Under the pieces are notes generated by a model, which saw only the letters and a list, made by a program, of their open reading frames with translations, searched no databases and was not told where the DNA came from. Shown piece after piece: positions 1-9,488 of a stretch of 64,000 bases of DNA. The DNA lies in sequence record PX068455.1. The stretch is one strand, 5' to 3'. The translations under genes were made by a program, and so were the position numbers. The DNA is from a phage. Numbering within the stretch: the first letter of the stretch is position 1; every line of letters starts with the position of its first letter.

Positions 1-375
1 CGGGTCTTTGACTTCTACTAAAGGTTCTTCTGACTTGATTGCTACCCCAGTGAACCCTACACCGTGAACAACACACAGCGGATATACCACGCCCCAACGT
101 TTAACGGAACCTTCTCCTAAATCTAAGATCATGGCGTACTTACCGTTATCTTCCAGCCCATATCGAAATAAACGGGCCTCTTCACGGGTTTCAAAATCCT
201 CACGGGTGTAGCAGACGCTGTCACGGTCAGGATCGAACAACTCTGGGGCACCTACTGCCAGTGTCCAGGTTGTGTTACCTTTCTCAATAGCGCATGTGAA
301 ACCCTTCTTCTCAAGCTCTGCACGGCGGTCACGTGCTTCTTTACGAGTTTTGAAATGTTCGTAGATGAAAATCAT
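1..375 (-). CDS. hypothetical protein (N-terminal part; gene runs off the window start)
   Basis: Open minus-strand frame from ATG at 373-375 with AAGGAGA RBS at 381-387; translation begins MIFIYEHFKT. Confidence 0.4.
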   Translation of the reverse strand, partial: MIFIYEHFKTRKEARDRRAELEKKGFTCAIEKGNTTWTLAVGAPELFDPDRDSVCYTREDFETREEARLFRYGLEDNGKYAMILDLGEGSVKRWGVVYPLCVVHGVGFTGVAIKSEEPLVEVKDP

Positions 376-385
376 CTTGGTCTCC

Positions 386-2368
386 TTATTTGATGTTATT
401 CTTTGTATCAATCAGTTCACGGTATTCAATCATAGCAGGAGTGTCCCAATATTTCAAGCCTACATGCTTCAAAAGTGGATATTTCTTTTCCAATCTTGCA
501 ATATAGGCCTTCCCGCACTTAACCCGGTTGGCGATTAAGATTTTGGCACGATGATTTAGCTCACCGTACTTCCACGTGGTGCTACCTTCCCACTTGTGAA
601 AATGTGGCCGATAACTTCCAAAATCCTGCATGGGGATAATTTTACCTAACTGTCTGTACAGGCTGTCATATGAAGTTTCATTTGCTGCGCGAGTTAGTAA
701 GAATTTCCAAGCATCCTCTTTCAACAAATGTTCCACATTCTTCTCTGTAACATATTGGCAATCAGGATCAGTCCAAAGCAGACGAGATTCCGACACCAGG
801 TACAGATCTTCCCCTTCAGGAATCTGGAGTGCCGCACGCACACGGTCATAATCTTGCTGGTAGATGTTGCTCATCTGCCCTAGCCAACAACTTCCGCGTT
901 GGATATCCCCCTCATACGGTATGCAGTGCTTAATCTTCCTGAACTCTGCCTTAGTAATACGCTCACGCCGGAAGTAACCATCCTTCTCAAGTTTTTTAAC
1001 CCAATAGCCTGGTTCGTAACGGGTTTTGGTTTCACCTTTCTTCGTAGGTCGGCGTGGAAGCTCCGATAACAATTTGACCGTATCTGCAAAAAACGGATGG
1101 TGTGCCGCCTCTTTAAACTCTTTCACCAGATCCGTGTTACGGCAATAGAAAACGTTGCGTCCGGTAATCTCGCTTAAGTAGTTACACTTATTCCGGTTAT
1201 ATTTGCCGTCTCCGTCGTTAAATACTAAATAAACTCCCCGTAAGAATTCTACCTTTCCGTAGCAGGCGTAACCTATGCGGCCTTTATTTAAGCCGCCAGC
1301 GAAGATCTCGCAGTCCCCCAAATTTCCTAGCCCTGTTTCTTCCCAGCGGTCATACATAAAATTCTTACCGAAGATGTGCCCGAACACTCCACTGTTCTTC
1401 ATCATCTCGCGTGCTTCTGAGGATGTTTTTGCTGTCTCCAGTTCTGCAACAACTTCTGCTCCACGAAGGCGAATGCCTTCTTTGACAAAAGCTTCCAAAC
1501 GCTCTTGGAATCCACCATCGTCGTGACCTTCTATGGTCCATTCACGCCCTGGGTTAATATTGCAATCTCCGATAGGGATCTCTACACAAATTGCAGGATA
1601 ATCTATTAGTGTCTCCAGGAACTTAGAACGGTAAGGTTGGTGACCCATTACCACACGACTCTCGTCAGAGCTGGTATAACCCTTCAGGATGGTCATTTTC
1701 CAACCATCCTTCTCGTAGTGATACTGCGCCTCAACCTTGTCACCTTCCAGCATCTTACTGGTCATAGGGTCGGTAACGGTAAACGGAAACTTTGCATAGC
1801 GTAGGCATGACGCAATAGCAGTGCGATATTTCAGGACATGCTCTTTCTTAACATGGAACTGAACTTTTACCCCGTTGTGCTCTTCAGTCTTCCGCTCGCG
1901 GATCTTGGTAACGTTTGGGATACCCTGATCCAAGAACAATAGATATGTGCTTTCAACACCATTGTGCACACTGATAACATCGAAAGTGTCCACCATGCTG
2001 AACGGAGCCTTTGAACCAACACCTTTATTACCTACCAGAGCGTTGCTGTTGCGCTTGGTTGACTCCCCGAGGTTCATGAAAGTGTTGCGGACCATCTCTT
2101 CTGACATGCCCAATCCAACGTCCTGCACAAAGAAGTATGGTTCAAGGTCTGTAGGGGAGTGAATGATGATCGGTACATCACCCCGTCCAGACTCAACATG
2201 AGAGTCCACAGCATTGAAGATTGGTTCACGGCAGCTTGCCAGCACCTTATCTTCGTAAATCCCTTTAATGATTAGCCCAAAAGTCTCTTTGTTCAGAGAA
2301 ATTGAGCCCCTGGTGACCTCCATATTTCCGGTTAGTACTGCTTTAGTTTCATTACTGTTTACAATCAT
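386..2368 (-). CDS. Hsp90/GHKL-family ATPase domain protein
   Basis: 660-aa ORF; N-terminal Bergerat-fold motifs in HtpG-like order and spacing: ETFGLIIKGIY..REPIFNAVDS (ExxxNAxD), DVGLGM (DxGxGM), GNKGVGSKA (GxxGxG); C-terminal 450 aa unassigned. Confidence 0.6.
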   Translation of the reverse strand: MIVNSNETKAVLTGNMEVTRGSISLNKETFGLIIKGIYEDKVLASCREPIFNAVDSHVESGRGDVPIIIHSPTDLEPYFFVQDVGLGMSEEMVRNTFMNLGESTKRNSNALVGNKGVGSKAPFSMVDTFDVISVHNGVESTYLLFLDQGIPNVTKIRERKTEEHNGVKVQFHVKKEHVLKYRTAIASCLRYAKFPFTVTDPMTSKMLEGDKVEAQYHYEKDGWKMTILKGYTSSDESRVVMGHQPYRSKFLETLIDYPAICVEIPIGDCNINPGREWTIEGHDDGGFQERLEAFVKEGIRLRGAEVVAELETAKTSSEAREMMKNSGVFGHIFGKNFMYDRWEETGLGNLGDCEIFAGGLNKGRIGYACYGKVEFLRGVYLVFNDGDGKYNRNKCNYLSEITGRNVFYCRNTDLVKEFKEAAHHPFFADTVKLLSELPRRPTKKGETKTRYEPGYWVKKLEKDGYFRRERITKAEFRKIKHCIPYEGDIQRGSCWLGQMSNIYQQDYDRVRAALQIPEGEDLYLVSESRLLWTDPDCQYVTEKNVEHLLKEDAWKFLLTRAANETSYDSLYRQLGKIIPMQDFGSYRPHFHKWEGSTTWKYGELNHRAKILIANRVKCGKAYIARLEKKYPLLKHVGLKYWDTPAMIEYRELIDTKNNIK

Positions 2369-2865
2369 TTATTGCGCTCCTTGTAGTAGATATGACTCCC
2401 GAACTGAGCTGTCCTCTGCATCTTTTTTGCCCATTTCGGTCGTACTTTGGTTGTATGGTAGTGTGTTGCTCCACCTGTTATGTCCATAGCCATGTATGCA
2501 ACATGGTTGTTATTATAGACCTTTAGAAGCATCTTTGCAAGACTTTTAGCGTGATCCCATGAATCTTTTTCTGTCACCTTAAAAGTTTTGCCGTGGTTTG
2601 TCCACGAAAACTGGTTAGGTTGGTAGACAATCTTTCTTATGGTGTCTGGGTATTTGGGGTGAGATTTCCTGTTTAGGGTGGCAAACCCAGATGCCAGCAT
2701 ACCCATCGTGCCATCCCCTCTAGCTTCCCTGTAGATATTGCATGCTAGAATGTTTTCCTTAGTATCTGATGGCTTGCAAGTATGGTATACTTTTTGTTTT
2801 GGTGCTGCAACAACAGGCAGCGATAAAAATGCGCTCAAAATAATAGCAAAGATCTTAATTTTCAC
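2365..2865 (-). CDS. secreted cell-wall hydrolase, SleB-like (candidate lysin)
   Basis: 166 aa, GTG start; N-terminal signal-peptide-like segment KIFAIILSAFLSLPVVAAP; SleB-type motifs NIYREARGDG and QPNQFSW. Confidence 0.65.
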   Translation of the reverse strand: MKIKIFAIILSAFLSLPVVAAPKQKVYHTCKPSDTKENILACNIYREARGDGTMGMLASGFATLNRKSHPKYPDTIRKIVYQPNQFSWTNHGKTFKVTEKDSWDHAKSLAKMLLKVYNNNHVAYMAMDITGGATHYHTTKVRPKWAKKMQRTAQFGSHIYYKERNK

Positions 2866-2878
2866 AATAACTCCAAAT

Positions 2879-2902
2879 AGAAAATCCCCGCCGAAGCGGG
2901 GG
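2879..2902 (-). terminator. intrinsic terminator, CCCCGC-UUCG-GCGGGG hairpin plus U-tract
   Basis: Perfect 6-bp GC stem with UUCG tetraloop on the minus-strand transcript, followed by AUUUU; lies between 2915..3295 and 2365..2865. Confidence 0.6.
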
Positions 2903-2914
2903 AGGTCTTAGAAA

Positions 2915-3295
2915 TTAATCGTAGTGTGCCAAAATCTCTCCATCGTTGCAAGTTCCCTCTACAAAGTTATGAAGATTCATGCACTCATCTTGATAGAAGA
3001 ATTTACCGCTTTTCAGCCGTAAGCCAAACAACTCCGCATCTCCACGATGGCAAGCCTCTACAAGTTCATAGATTTCATACGGCAACTCTCCGTCGTCATG
3101 GAAGAACCCAGCCTTATCGTTGACATAGATGAAGAAATAATCACTGCTGTCGCAAGCGTCCAATATTTTAAACCAGATTTCATCTACATCTTTTTCTCGG
3201 ATATCGATCACGCAAGTGGAGCTGCATTCGTACTCCTTCTCCGGCTCCTCGGTCAATACCACCAGGTAGTTTCCCCGCTTACCTACTTTAGCCAT
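2915..3295 (-). CDS. hypothetical protein
   Basis: 126-aa ORF tightly packed in the minus-strand operon; no motif recognised. Confidence 0.4.
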   Translation of the reverse strand: MAKVGKRGNYLVVLTEEPEKEYECSSTCVIDIREKDVDEIWFKILDACDSSDYFFIYVNDKAGFFHDDGELPYEIYELVEACHRGDAELFGLRLKSGKFFYQDECMNLHNFVEGTCNDGEILAHYD

Positions 3296-3304
3296 ACAAC
3301 CTCC

Positions 3305-4489
3305 TTAAGCTTTAGCCAAAATGGCGCTAAACTCTTCACCAAACTCTTTTACAATCTTCATCAGGTTTGGGTATGCTTTGATCAGCTGAGCAACGATCTT
3401 GTCACGACCTTTACCGATAAGCAAGGCATTTCCTAAGGCATTAGGTTTCATCATCGCCATAAAGACTGAAAATACAAAATCTCGGTTCTCGTCCTTGAAG
3501 TTTTCCCAAAGGAAATCGAGAAAGTTTGCCACACAGCTAACAAGATCTTCGTCGGAGATACTTGCATTTTCCATCATATTACGAATAGCGATGCAACCTT
3601 CAGATCCAAGAATCCACAAGATGTCTGGCTGTTTAGGACCTACGTATTCTTTGCAACCTCCTGCCATAATCCGACCGATTTCCGGTAAGTTGCGTTTCTT
3701 GGTGTGGTAAGTCCAGATCTCTACCGCTGCAGTGTGACCAATAGCACCTTGCAGAAGAACACGGGCCATAGCGTCAGAAATAATACCGCTGTCAAAATCG
3801 TGCAAGATATCAGATGCAGCAACCCAAGATCGCGGTGTGGCAAAAGATGGACAATTAATCTCAGCCATGGCCTCATAATTATCGATAGCTGATGGAACTC
3901 TTTTCAGATATCCAATTACAGAGGAGTGCACCCCATTAAGGAATGCGTAGTCCTCAATAAACACCTCTGCATTGCTTGTAACCTCTACAATGATAAAACG
4001 GTTAGCCAGAGGGGCTTCGAGCGCCGAAAGAACCGCACCATCTGTAGAACGGTTACCAGCAGCCACAAAAACAGACCCCTTAGGGAATGCATAAGTACCG
4101 CACTTGTGGTCAAGCATAATTTGCATTGCAACCTTTTGTAGGTAGTTATCTGCATGAGTGAGCTCATCCAGAAAGATAATTCCGCTCCAGTCAGGATCCG
4201 CAGGCCAAAATTCTGGAATTGCAAACACTGTACGTGTAGTTCCATCCGCTTCTACAGGGATAGGTAGCCCAGATAAGTCGGCAGGATCTTTATCTGACAG
4301 CCGCACGTCAACAAGGTTGTCATCTCGCTCACCGAACATATTATCAGCGATCTGCTTCATCACCTGGCTTTTACCTACACCCATTGGTCCCAAAATTAGG
4401 ACAGATCGGCTATGACGTTGGGCAAACTGAATAATAGCTGGCAACTCACGGACAGTGATTTGACCACTTTCGAATACGTTTCTTGACAT
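3305..4489 (-). CDS. AAA+ ATPase, MoxR/CobS-like
   Basis: 394 aa; Walker A GPMGVGKS, Walker B IIFLDE, compact single-AAA layout. Confidence 0.7.
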   Translation of the reverse strand: MSRNVFESGQITVRELPAIIQFAQRHSRSVLILGPMGVGKSQVMKQIADNMFGERDDNLVDVRLSDKDPADLSGLPIPVEADGTTRTVFAIPEFWPADPDWSGIIFLDELTHADNYLQKVAMQIMLDHKCGTYAFPKGSVFVAAGNRSTDGAVLSALEAPLANRFIIVEVTSNAEVFIEDYAFLNGVHSSVIGYLKRVPSAIDNYEAMAEINCPSFATPRSWVAASDILHDFDSGIISDAMARVLLQGAIGHTAAVEIWTYHTKKRNLPEIGRIMAGGCKEYVGPKQPDILWILGSEGCIAIRNMMENASISDEDLVSCVANFLDFLWENFKDENRDFVFSVFMAMMKPNALGNALLIGKGRDKIVAQLIKAYPNLMKIVKEFGEEFSAILAKA

Positions 4490-4758
4490 TAGTAAAAGTC
4501 CTCTACTTGTGTGTAAGTGTTTTCAAAGTTTTCCAAAACAGATATCACATCGGATCTGTCAATATCATACGTGACTCTCCAGTTGTACGCAACCCTTTCT
4601 GCTGTTGCCTCTTCTGGCGCTAGTCGTCTGCTGGCATAAAAGAGTGTTGGAGTACACTTTCTTGCTTGCCCTCTAACTTTCCCATAATAATATCTGTGAA
4701 TATCTTTGTCAAAATTTAACTCTTTTTCTGCACGAAGTTCATATTGCTGGTATAACAT
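4489..4758 (-). CDS. hypothetical protein
   Basis: 89-aa ORF, start overlaps stop of upstream gene. Confidence 0.35.
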   Translation of the reverse strand: MLYQQYELRAEKELNFDKDIHRYYYGKVRGQARKCTPTLFYASRRLAPEEATAERVAYNWRVTYDIDRSDVISVLENFENTYTQVEDFY

Positions 4759-4802
4759 CTCTACTACTCCTTAAGCAGCATCCTTGCCGCCATTCCTGCC
4801 CA

Positions 4803-5183
4803 CTAAAATGCAGTCCGAATCCAGACAAGGTTCTTATCTGCCCAATCATAGAGGCAAGTCATTGCACTATTGAATTGCTCACACGGAGGATAATCTTCTT
4901 CCATCTGACGCATAGCAGAGCCTTGTGGGTAAAGCTCCCGTGCTGCAAACCACGCGTCGTAGTCATCAACGGTGTCGAAGTAGTATACAACATCCTCCAA
5001 CTCAGGATCGAACTTTGAACTATCAGGATCCAGTTGTTCAGGGAACTTGGAGCGTAACTTGCCAGCCACAATACTTGCCAACTCGCTAACATGCTTATTG
5101 TCCCACTCCATTAGCTTCCCGTCTTCAGTGATGCGTCCTAACCACTGATCATGAAGGTCAACTGTTGTCTTCCACCGGGCCAT
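4803..5183 (-). CDS. hypothetical protein
   Basis: 126-aa ORF in operon context. Confidence 0.4.
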   Translation of the reverse strand: MARWKTTVDLHDQWLGRITEDGKLMEWDNKHVSELASIVAGKLRSKFPEQLDPDSSKFDPELEDVVYYFDTVDDYDAWFAARELYPQGSAMRQMEEDYPPCEQFNSAMTCLYDWADKNLVWIRTAF

Positions 5184-5185
5184 TA

Positions 5186-5443
5186 TCAGTCCACCTCTTC
5201 TTCTCGTTGTAGTTCAAGATACCCGTAGGTCTGGACATCTTCAAGGGTGTGGAACTCCCCATCTGCCGCTAATGCACGAACAACTTGGCACAAAACCTTA
5301 TGAGGAACTTCATCCAGACCAAGATTCAGTGCAGGGAACACCTTATCTAAGTCAACAAAATAAATGAACTGTAGCTCACCAGCTTCAAAAGGTGTATCTT
5401 CAATAAACATCTTCTCGGCATTAGTCAAGATCTGCACTTTCAT
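5186..5443 (-). CDS. hypothetical protein
   Basis: 85-aa acidic ORF. Confidence 0.35.
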   Translation of the reverse strand: MKVQILTNAEKMFIEDTPFEAGELQFIYFVDLDKVFPALNLGLDEVPHKVLCQVVRALAADGEFHTLEDVQTYGYLELQREEEVD

Positions 5444-5799
5444 TATTCTACCTCCTCTTCTTTTTCTTCGGCATTAGTTTCATGGCTACCCCACTCTGGA
5501 GTTTCCACCTCGATAGTAAACTCACGCACTACACGGTAATTGCCCATGAAGCGCTCCACTTCGTCAAGGCTTATGGAGAGGCCATTGGCAACCAGGTCTG
5601 CAGCACCCTCTTCTACCAGGTAGTCCAGATTGGCTTCCAGAGCTTCAGGTTCAAACCCTGTCAATGCAATCAGATAACCTTTCCCTTCATCAGGGAGGAC
5701 AATACATCCCAACTGATTTTCTTTAAAAAGGCAGTGACCATCATTATTGATTGGGTGTTCATTGCAGTAAATAGCTGCACGATAAGTAACTTTAGACAT
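5443..5799 (-). CDS. hypothetical protein
   Basis: Track ORF 5443..5820; ATG at 5797-5799 (MSKVTYRA) has an AGGAG RBS and is preferred over the upstream ATG. Confidence 0.4.
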   Translation of the reverse strand: MSKVTYRAAIYCNEHPINNDGHCLFKENQLGCIVLPDEGKGYLIALTGFEPEALEANLDYLVEEGAADLVANGLSISLDEVERFMGNYRVVREFTIEVETPEWGSHETNAEEKEEEVE

Positions 5800-5812
5800 C
5801 GGCAAGGTCTCC

Positions 5813-6091
5813 TTAGGCAATTGTCATTTTACATTCTTGAAATTTTAACACAAGACGGTGATTGTGTCTAGTGTCTAAAAAGATTTTTTCAACCATCAGG
5901 CACACGGTATAACCGTCCATCTTGTTGACAACAAAATCTCCAGGGTAAGGGAGAGTGTCCCCTGGGCTGGGAAAGCATAACCCGCTCAGAAAGGCATCAT
6001 CGGTGGTGGACTTAATGGATTTCCACACACTATCTGCCTGAACATTCTCACCAACATAATATACACTACCACATGACTTCATCATAGTCAA
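5813..6091 (-). CDS. hypothetical protein
   Basis: 92-aa ORF. Confidence 0.35.
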   Translation of the reverse strand: MTMMKSCGSVYYVGENVQADSVWKSIKSTTDDAFLSGLCFPSPGDTLPYPGDFVVNKMDGYTVCLMVEKIFLDTRHNHRLVLKFQECKMTIA

Positions 6092-6987
6092 ATCTCCGCG
6101 TAAATTAAACTGGAATCAGTATACTTCTTTAATGGGTAAATATCCTGTCCATAGATGCAATCATTAAACACCTCATCTACCCAAAGGCTACGCTTATATC
6201 CCATCATTTCTAAAACACTCATCTCTTCTTCGGTAAACTTATCACCACTCTTGCAAGATGTCAATACCTCATTTTGAACTCTTGCTACCTCGAATCGGTT
6301 ATTGGCAATATCGCTATTGGCGATCAAATACTCACCTAGAGGGTGTGCGGCATTAAAGATGCACAGTGGACGGCTGACGTAATAGTCTCCGGGTGTATAA
6401 AAATTGTTGAGGTCTTTCACTAGAACATTCTTATCAGTCACTTCATTTATAACATCATGCATATCGCACATCTTTATATGTTTGAGGATTCCATCTCCCA
6501 TCACAAAATAAAAACTTGCTGAGACACTTTCGGCATAGATCTTACTAGATCCGTTGTAGTTGTATTTTACTCGGATGCTAACGGGGGTTTTTCCTGTCGC
6601 GTTAGCCATCATCCAAAGAAATGGCAGCTCATACTTCTCCTCTGAGGAAACAAAAGGTGAGGTAGCCAGAGATCGAAAACCTCCAGAGAAGTTGAAAGTT
6701 ACAGAACCGCTCCGGCGGTATGATACCGCGTATTCTACTTTTATATCGACGTACCCATTGGAATAGGTGTGTCCTTCATTATCTAAATATGTCCACTTAT
6801 CAGACCCAGATACCAATCTACGCTCAATAACCTTCATCACTACAGGAATTAGTGGGTTGGTACAAACCGCTTTTGAAGTAGCTTTATCATCTAAAGCCTC
6901 GTAAATTGCAGAAAGGATGTCCCCAGCTGAAAGATTGGTTGTTATGTCCTGTTTCCACCGCGTACTAAAACTGTTAAGATTTGCCAT
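6088..6987 (-). CDS. hypothetical protein
   Basis: 299-aa ORF, first gene behind the divergent promoter region; GGAG RBS. Confidence 0.45.
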   Translation of the reverse strand: MANLNSFSTRWKQDITTNLSAGDILSAIYEALDDKATSKAVCTNPLIPVVMKVIERRLVSGSDKWTYLDNEGHTYSNGYVDIKVEYAVSYRRSGSVTFNFSGGFRSLATSPFVSSEEKYELPFLWMMANATGKTPVSIRVKYNYNGSSKIYAESVSASFYFVMGDGILKHIKMCDMHDVINEVTDKNVLVKDLNNFYTPGDYYVSRPLCIFNAAHPLGEYLIANSDIANNRFEVARVQNEVLTSCKSGDKFTEEEMSVLEMMGYKRSLWVDEVFNDCIYGQDIYPLKKYTDSSLIYAEI

Positions 6988-7027
6988 AAGTAAGTGCTCC
7001 TATGTTAGTTTTCTTTCGAATGGGTGC

Positions 7028-7056
7028 ACTATATTGTGGAGTTAGAGTAAAGTCAA
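7028..7056 (-). promoter_or_regulatory. sigma70-like promoter (TTGACT-17-TATAGT) for the 6987-to-386 minus-strand operon
   Basis: -35 TTGACT at 7051-7056 and -10 TATAGT at 7028-7033 (minus-strand sense), 17-bp spacer, in the divergent intergenic region 6988-7063. Confidence 0.45.
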
Positions 7057-7063
7057 CACGTTT

Positions 7064-7609
7064 TTGATGTTGACATCTGTTGAGACAATTGATACGATTT
7101 CTTCACTTACAGAGCACGAGAGACGACGCATGAATCTTGAAAAATATTATACACCAGAAGAGTTAGAGCGCTTGCTCAAAAAATATAGACGCAAACAGAA
7201 TAACGCACGGAAACGAGATATAGAGTTCGACCTGTCATGGGAAGAATACCTCCTATTTGGTAAAAAACTTTTAGGAGATGGAGTATGCGACTATACCCTT
7301 ATACCTTTTGACATGCACACAGATGAAAACGGGCTGGGGAATCCTTTCTACCCATCTTTGGAGCGTATAGATGATGAAGGTCCTTACGCAATTGACAATT
7401 GTTGTGTGGTAGGGTTGAGGTGCAATGCTCTGAAAGACTGTCTGGTAGATAAAAAGACTGCAATCCTGATTAAAGACAAAACTGATCGAAAAATTGTCCA
7501 GCAGATGATGCTCCACCTGAGTGAAGAGCGTATGGAGAAGTTGAAAGGTGATTATACTTTTGAAGATTTCATCTTGCAATACGGGACAGAAGAAGACAGA
7601 AGAAATTGA
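7064..7609 (+). CDS. HNH-superfamily endonuclease-like protein (degenerate motif), upstream part of a split gene
   Basis: 181 aa; C-x-Y...SLERID..GPYAIDNC..C.N..K pattern typical of phage HNH modules with the His residues replaced; stops within a 10-bp tandem duplication. Confidence 0.45.
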   Translation: MMLTSVETIDTISSLTEHERRRMNLEKYYTPEELERLLKKYRRKQNNARKRDIEFDLSWEEYLLFGKKLLGDGVCDYTLIPFDMHTDENGLGNPFYPSLERIDDEGPYAIDNCCVVGLRCNALKDCLVDKKTAILIKDKTDRKIVQQMMLHLSEERMEKLKGDYTFEDFILQYGTEEDRRN

Positions 7610-7988
7610 AGAACAGACATCTGAAGAGGAAAAAGAGCCTCAGGTGGTTGAAGAGGAGATTGCAGAAGAGGTTCCTGCACTGCCTGATGATGTTGAGATT
7701 GCTAAGGCTTACACTTTCTATTGTCAAACGTTCTACGATGCAGGTATGAAAGTTGACCTGTCGTTCAGCCAATTTAAGAGTTCGTATATTCGCAAATGCT
7801 GTGCTTTAACTGGTGAACGTCTCGGAGCTGGACTTAAACCACTGTTGGTGACCGACTGGAATAAAGGTTTCACTAAAGGAAACTTTATGGTAGTATCTCC
7901 AATTATGGAGAAAGCTATGACAGATCTTATGAAGACCACCCGCATGACAATGACCGAGTTGGCAGGTATTTTCAAACACGTTAAATAA
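7548..7988 (+). CDS. second HNH-like module ORF (downstream part of split gene)
   Basis: 146 aa; acidic linker then KVDLSFSQF...C.LTGE...WNKGFTKGNFMVV resembling the module in 7064..7609; would be in frame with 7064..7609 if one 10-bp repeat copy were removed. Confidence 0.4.
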   Translation: MIILLKISSCNTGQKKTEEIEEQTSEEEKEPQVVEEEIAEEVPALPDDVEIAKAYTFYCQTFYDAGMKVDLSFSQFKSSYIRKCCALTGERLGAGLKPLLVTDWNKGFTKGNFMVVSPIMEKAMTDLMKTTRMTMTELAGIFKHVK

Positions 7989-8021
7989 TGACAGGGGCCA
8001 TTGGCCCCTTCTGGAGTTTTA

Positions 8022-9482
8022 ATGGATAGCAGAAGTTCAGAAATCATTGCCTCACAGAAAGATGATGCCCTGAGAATGTTGCAGGCTGCACGTATGTATC
8101 TCCTTGAAAAGCTGCCGTTTTATGGCACACTGCTGTCAGGATTGCAGTTCGTAGAAAACCACACATGGTGCTCCACCATGGCAACCGACCATAAACGCAT
8201 CTATTACAGCCCTGAGTTCATTATGGGATTGGCTGATGAACGCAAGGTTATTCTTAAGGCTTCTCTAACTGACGAACAGTTTGAGATGGCTGAGGTTTTC
8301 TATTCCCTCAAATCTGTGAAAGAGGTGGCTTTTCTTCTGTCACACGAGGTGGGGCATATTATCTGTGATCACCTGGTCCGTGGTAAAAGCTTCGAGCCGG
8401 AACTGTTTAATATTGCTTGTGATCATGTTATCAACACAGGTCTTGTGGTTGACTTTAGCAAGCCTCCCTGTGTTTTCTTCCCGAAGGGGAAAAGCACTAC
8501 GTTCGTGAAAGGTAAGCCTTTTGGTTTCTTAGCCAGCTGCTACTGCGACATGAGGTTTCATGGATGGATTGCTGAGAACGTCTATGCGGTTCTTGATAAG
8601 CAAAGAGATCAGAATAACGGTAAAAGTAAGAGCGGTAAAGGTGAGAACTCTCAAGGGGATAAGCGACAAACCGATGATCACATGAGTGGGAACGGTGGCA
8701 CCAGCGATGATCTTGGAAAGGCTATGGGGTATGATCAGCCACAACCTGTAATCAGCCAATCTGATAAAGATCAGGCCATGCAAGACTCTGGTGACATGCT
8801 GGAAGCAGCAATGCAAGCTTCCGGAGGTCGTTGCCCCGAGGCGGTGCGTGAGTTTGTCAAGAACAGAGGTAAGCCTGTAATCAACTATATAGACATCATT
8901 AAGCAACGCATGTTGTCTAAACGAAAGGCCGAACTGACCTACAGAAAACCTGGTCGCCGATCTGGGTCTTTGACCAGCACAATGCGAAAAGTTGGGGCTA
9001 TAAACAAGAACCAGCACGTTATTGTTCCTGGTCGTAATCCGGAAAACACCATAGATATTGTGGTAGCTTTAGACGTTTCTGGCTCGATATCTCAAAGAAC
9101 TTTAAAGAAAATGTTCAATGAAATCACCGGATTGTGCAATCTGTATAAAGAGTTTAAGGTTACAATGTTCTGTTGGTCAACTGAAGTCGGAGAGGTTAAA
9201 GTATATACTCGCGGCAACATAGACGAAATGATCAACTATGAGGTCCACTCAACATGGGGCACAACAGCTGCTTGCGTGTTCGAGTATCTGGATGCCAACA
9301 TACCAAATGCAAAAGATGTCATCGTCCTGACCGACCTATACTTTGAGCATAACTTTGAACAAAAGGCTGTTGACAACAAGTGGAAAAAGTACGATACTTT
9401 ATGGGTTCTCACCGAAGGGTATAATAAAAATTATATCCCTAGCTTTGGTAAAACTGTGGAATTAATCGAGTACGCTAAGTAA
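8022..9482 (+). CDS. metallopeptidase-like plus von Willebrand factor A (vWA) domain protein
   Basis: HExxH (SHEVGHIICDH) in N-half; vWA MIDAS motif VVALDVSGSIS in C-half; track ORF starts at TTG 8001, ATG 8022 with GGAG RBS preferred. Confidence 0.65.
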   Translation: MDSRSSEIIASQKDDALRMLQAARMYLLEKLPFYGTLLSGLQFVENHTWCSTMATDHKRIYYSPEFIMGLADERKVILKASLTDEQFEMAEVFYSLKSVKEVAFLLSHEVGHIICDHLVRGKSFEPELFNIACDHVINTGLVVDFSKPPCVFFPKGKSTTFVKGKPFGFLASCYCDMRFHGWIAENVYAVLDKQRDQNNGKSKSGKGENSQGDKRQTDDHMSGNGGTSDDLGKAMGYDQPQPVISQSDKDQAMQDSGDMLEAAMQASGGRCPEAVREFVKNRGKPVINYIDIIKQRMLSKRKAELTYRKPGRRSGSLTSTMRKVGAINKNQHVIVPGRNPENTIDIVVALDVSGSISQRTLKKMFNEITGLCNLYKEFKVTMFCWSTEVGEVKVYTRGNIDEMINYEVHSTWGTTAACVFEYLDANIPNAKDVIVLTDLYFEHNFEQKAVDNKWKKYDTLWVLTEGYNKNYIPSFGKTVELIEYAK

Positions 9483-9488
9483 GAGAGG

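Noticed and set aside
3047-3436. 129-aa plus-strand ORF
   Set aside because: Overlaps minus-strand genes 2915..3295 and 3305..4489 antisense; spurious.
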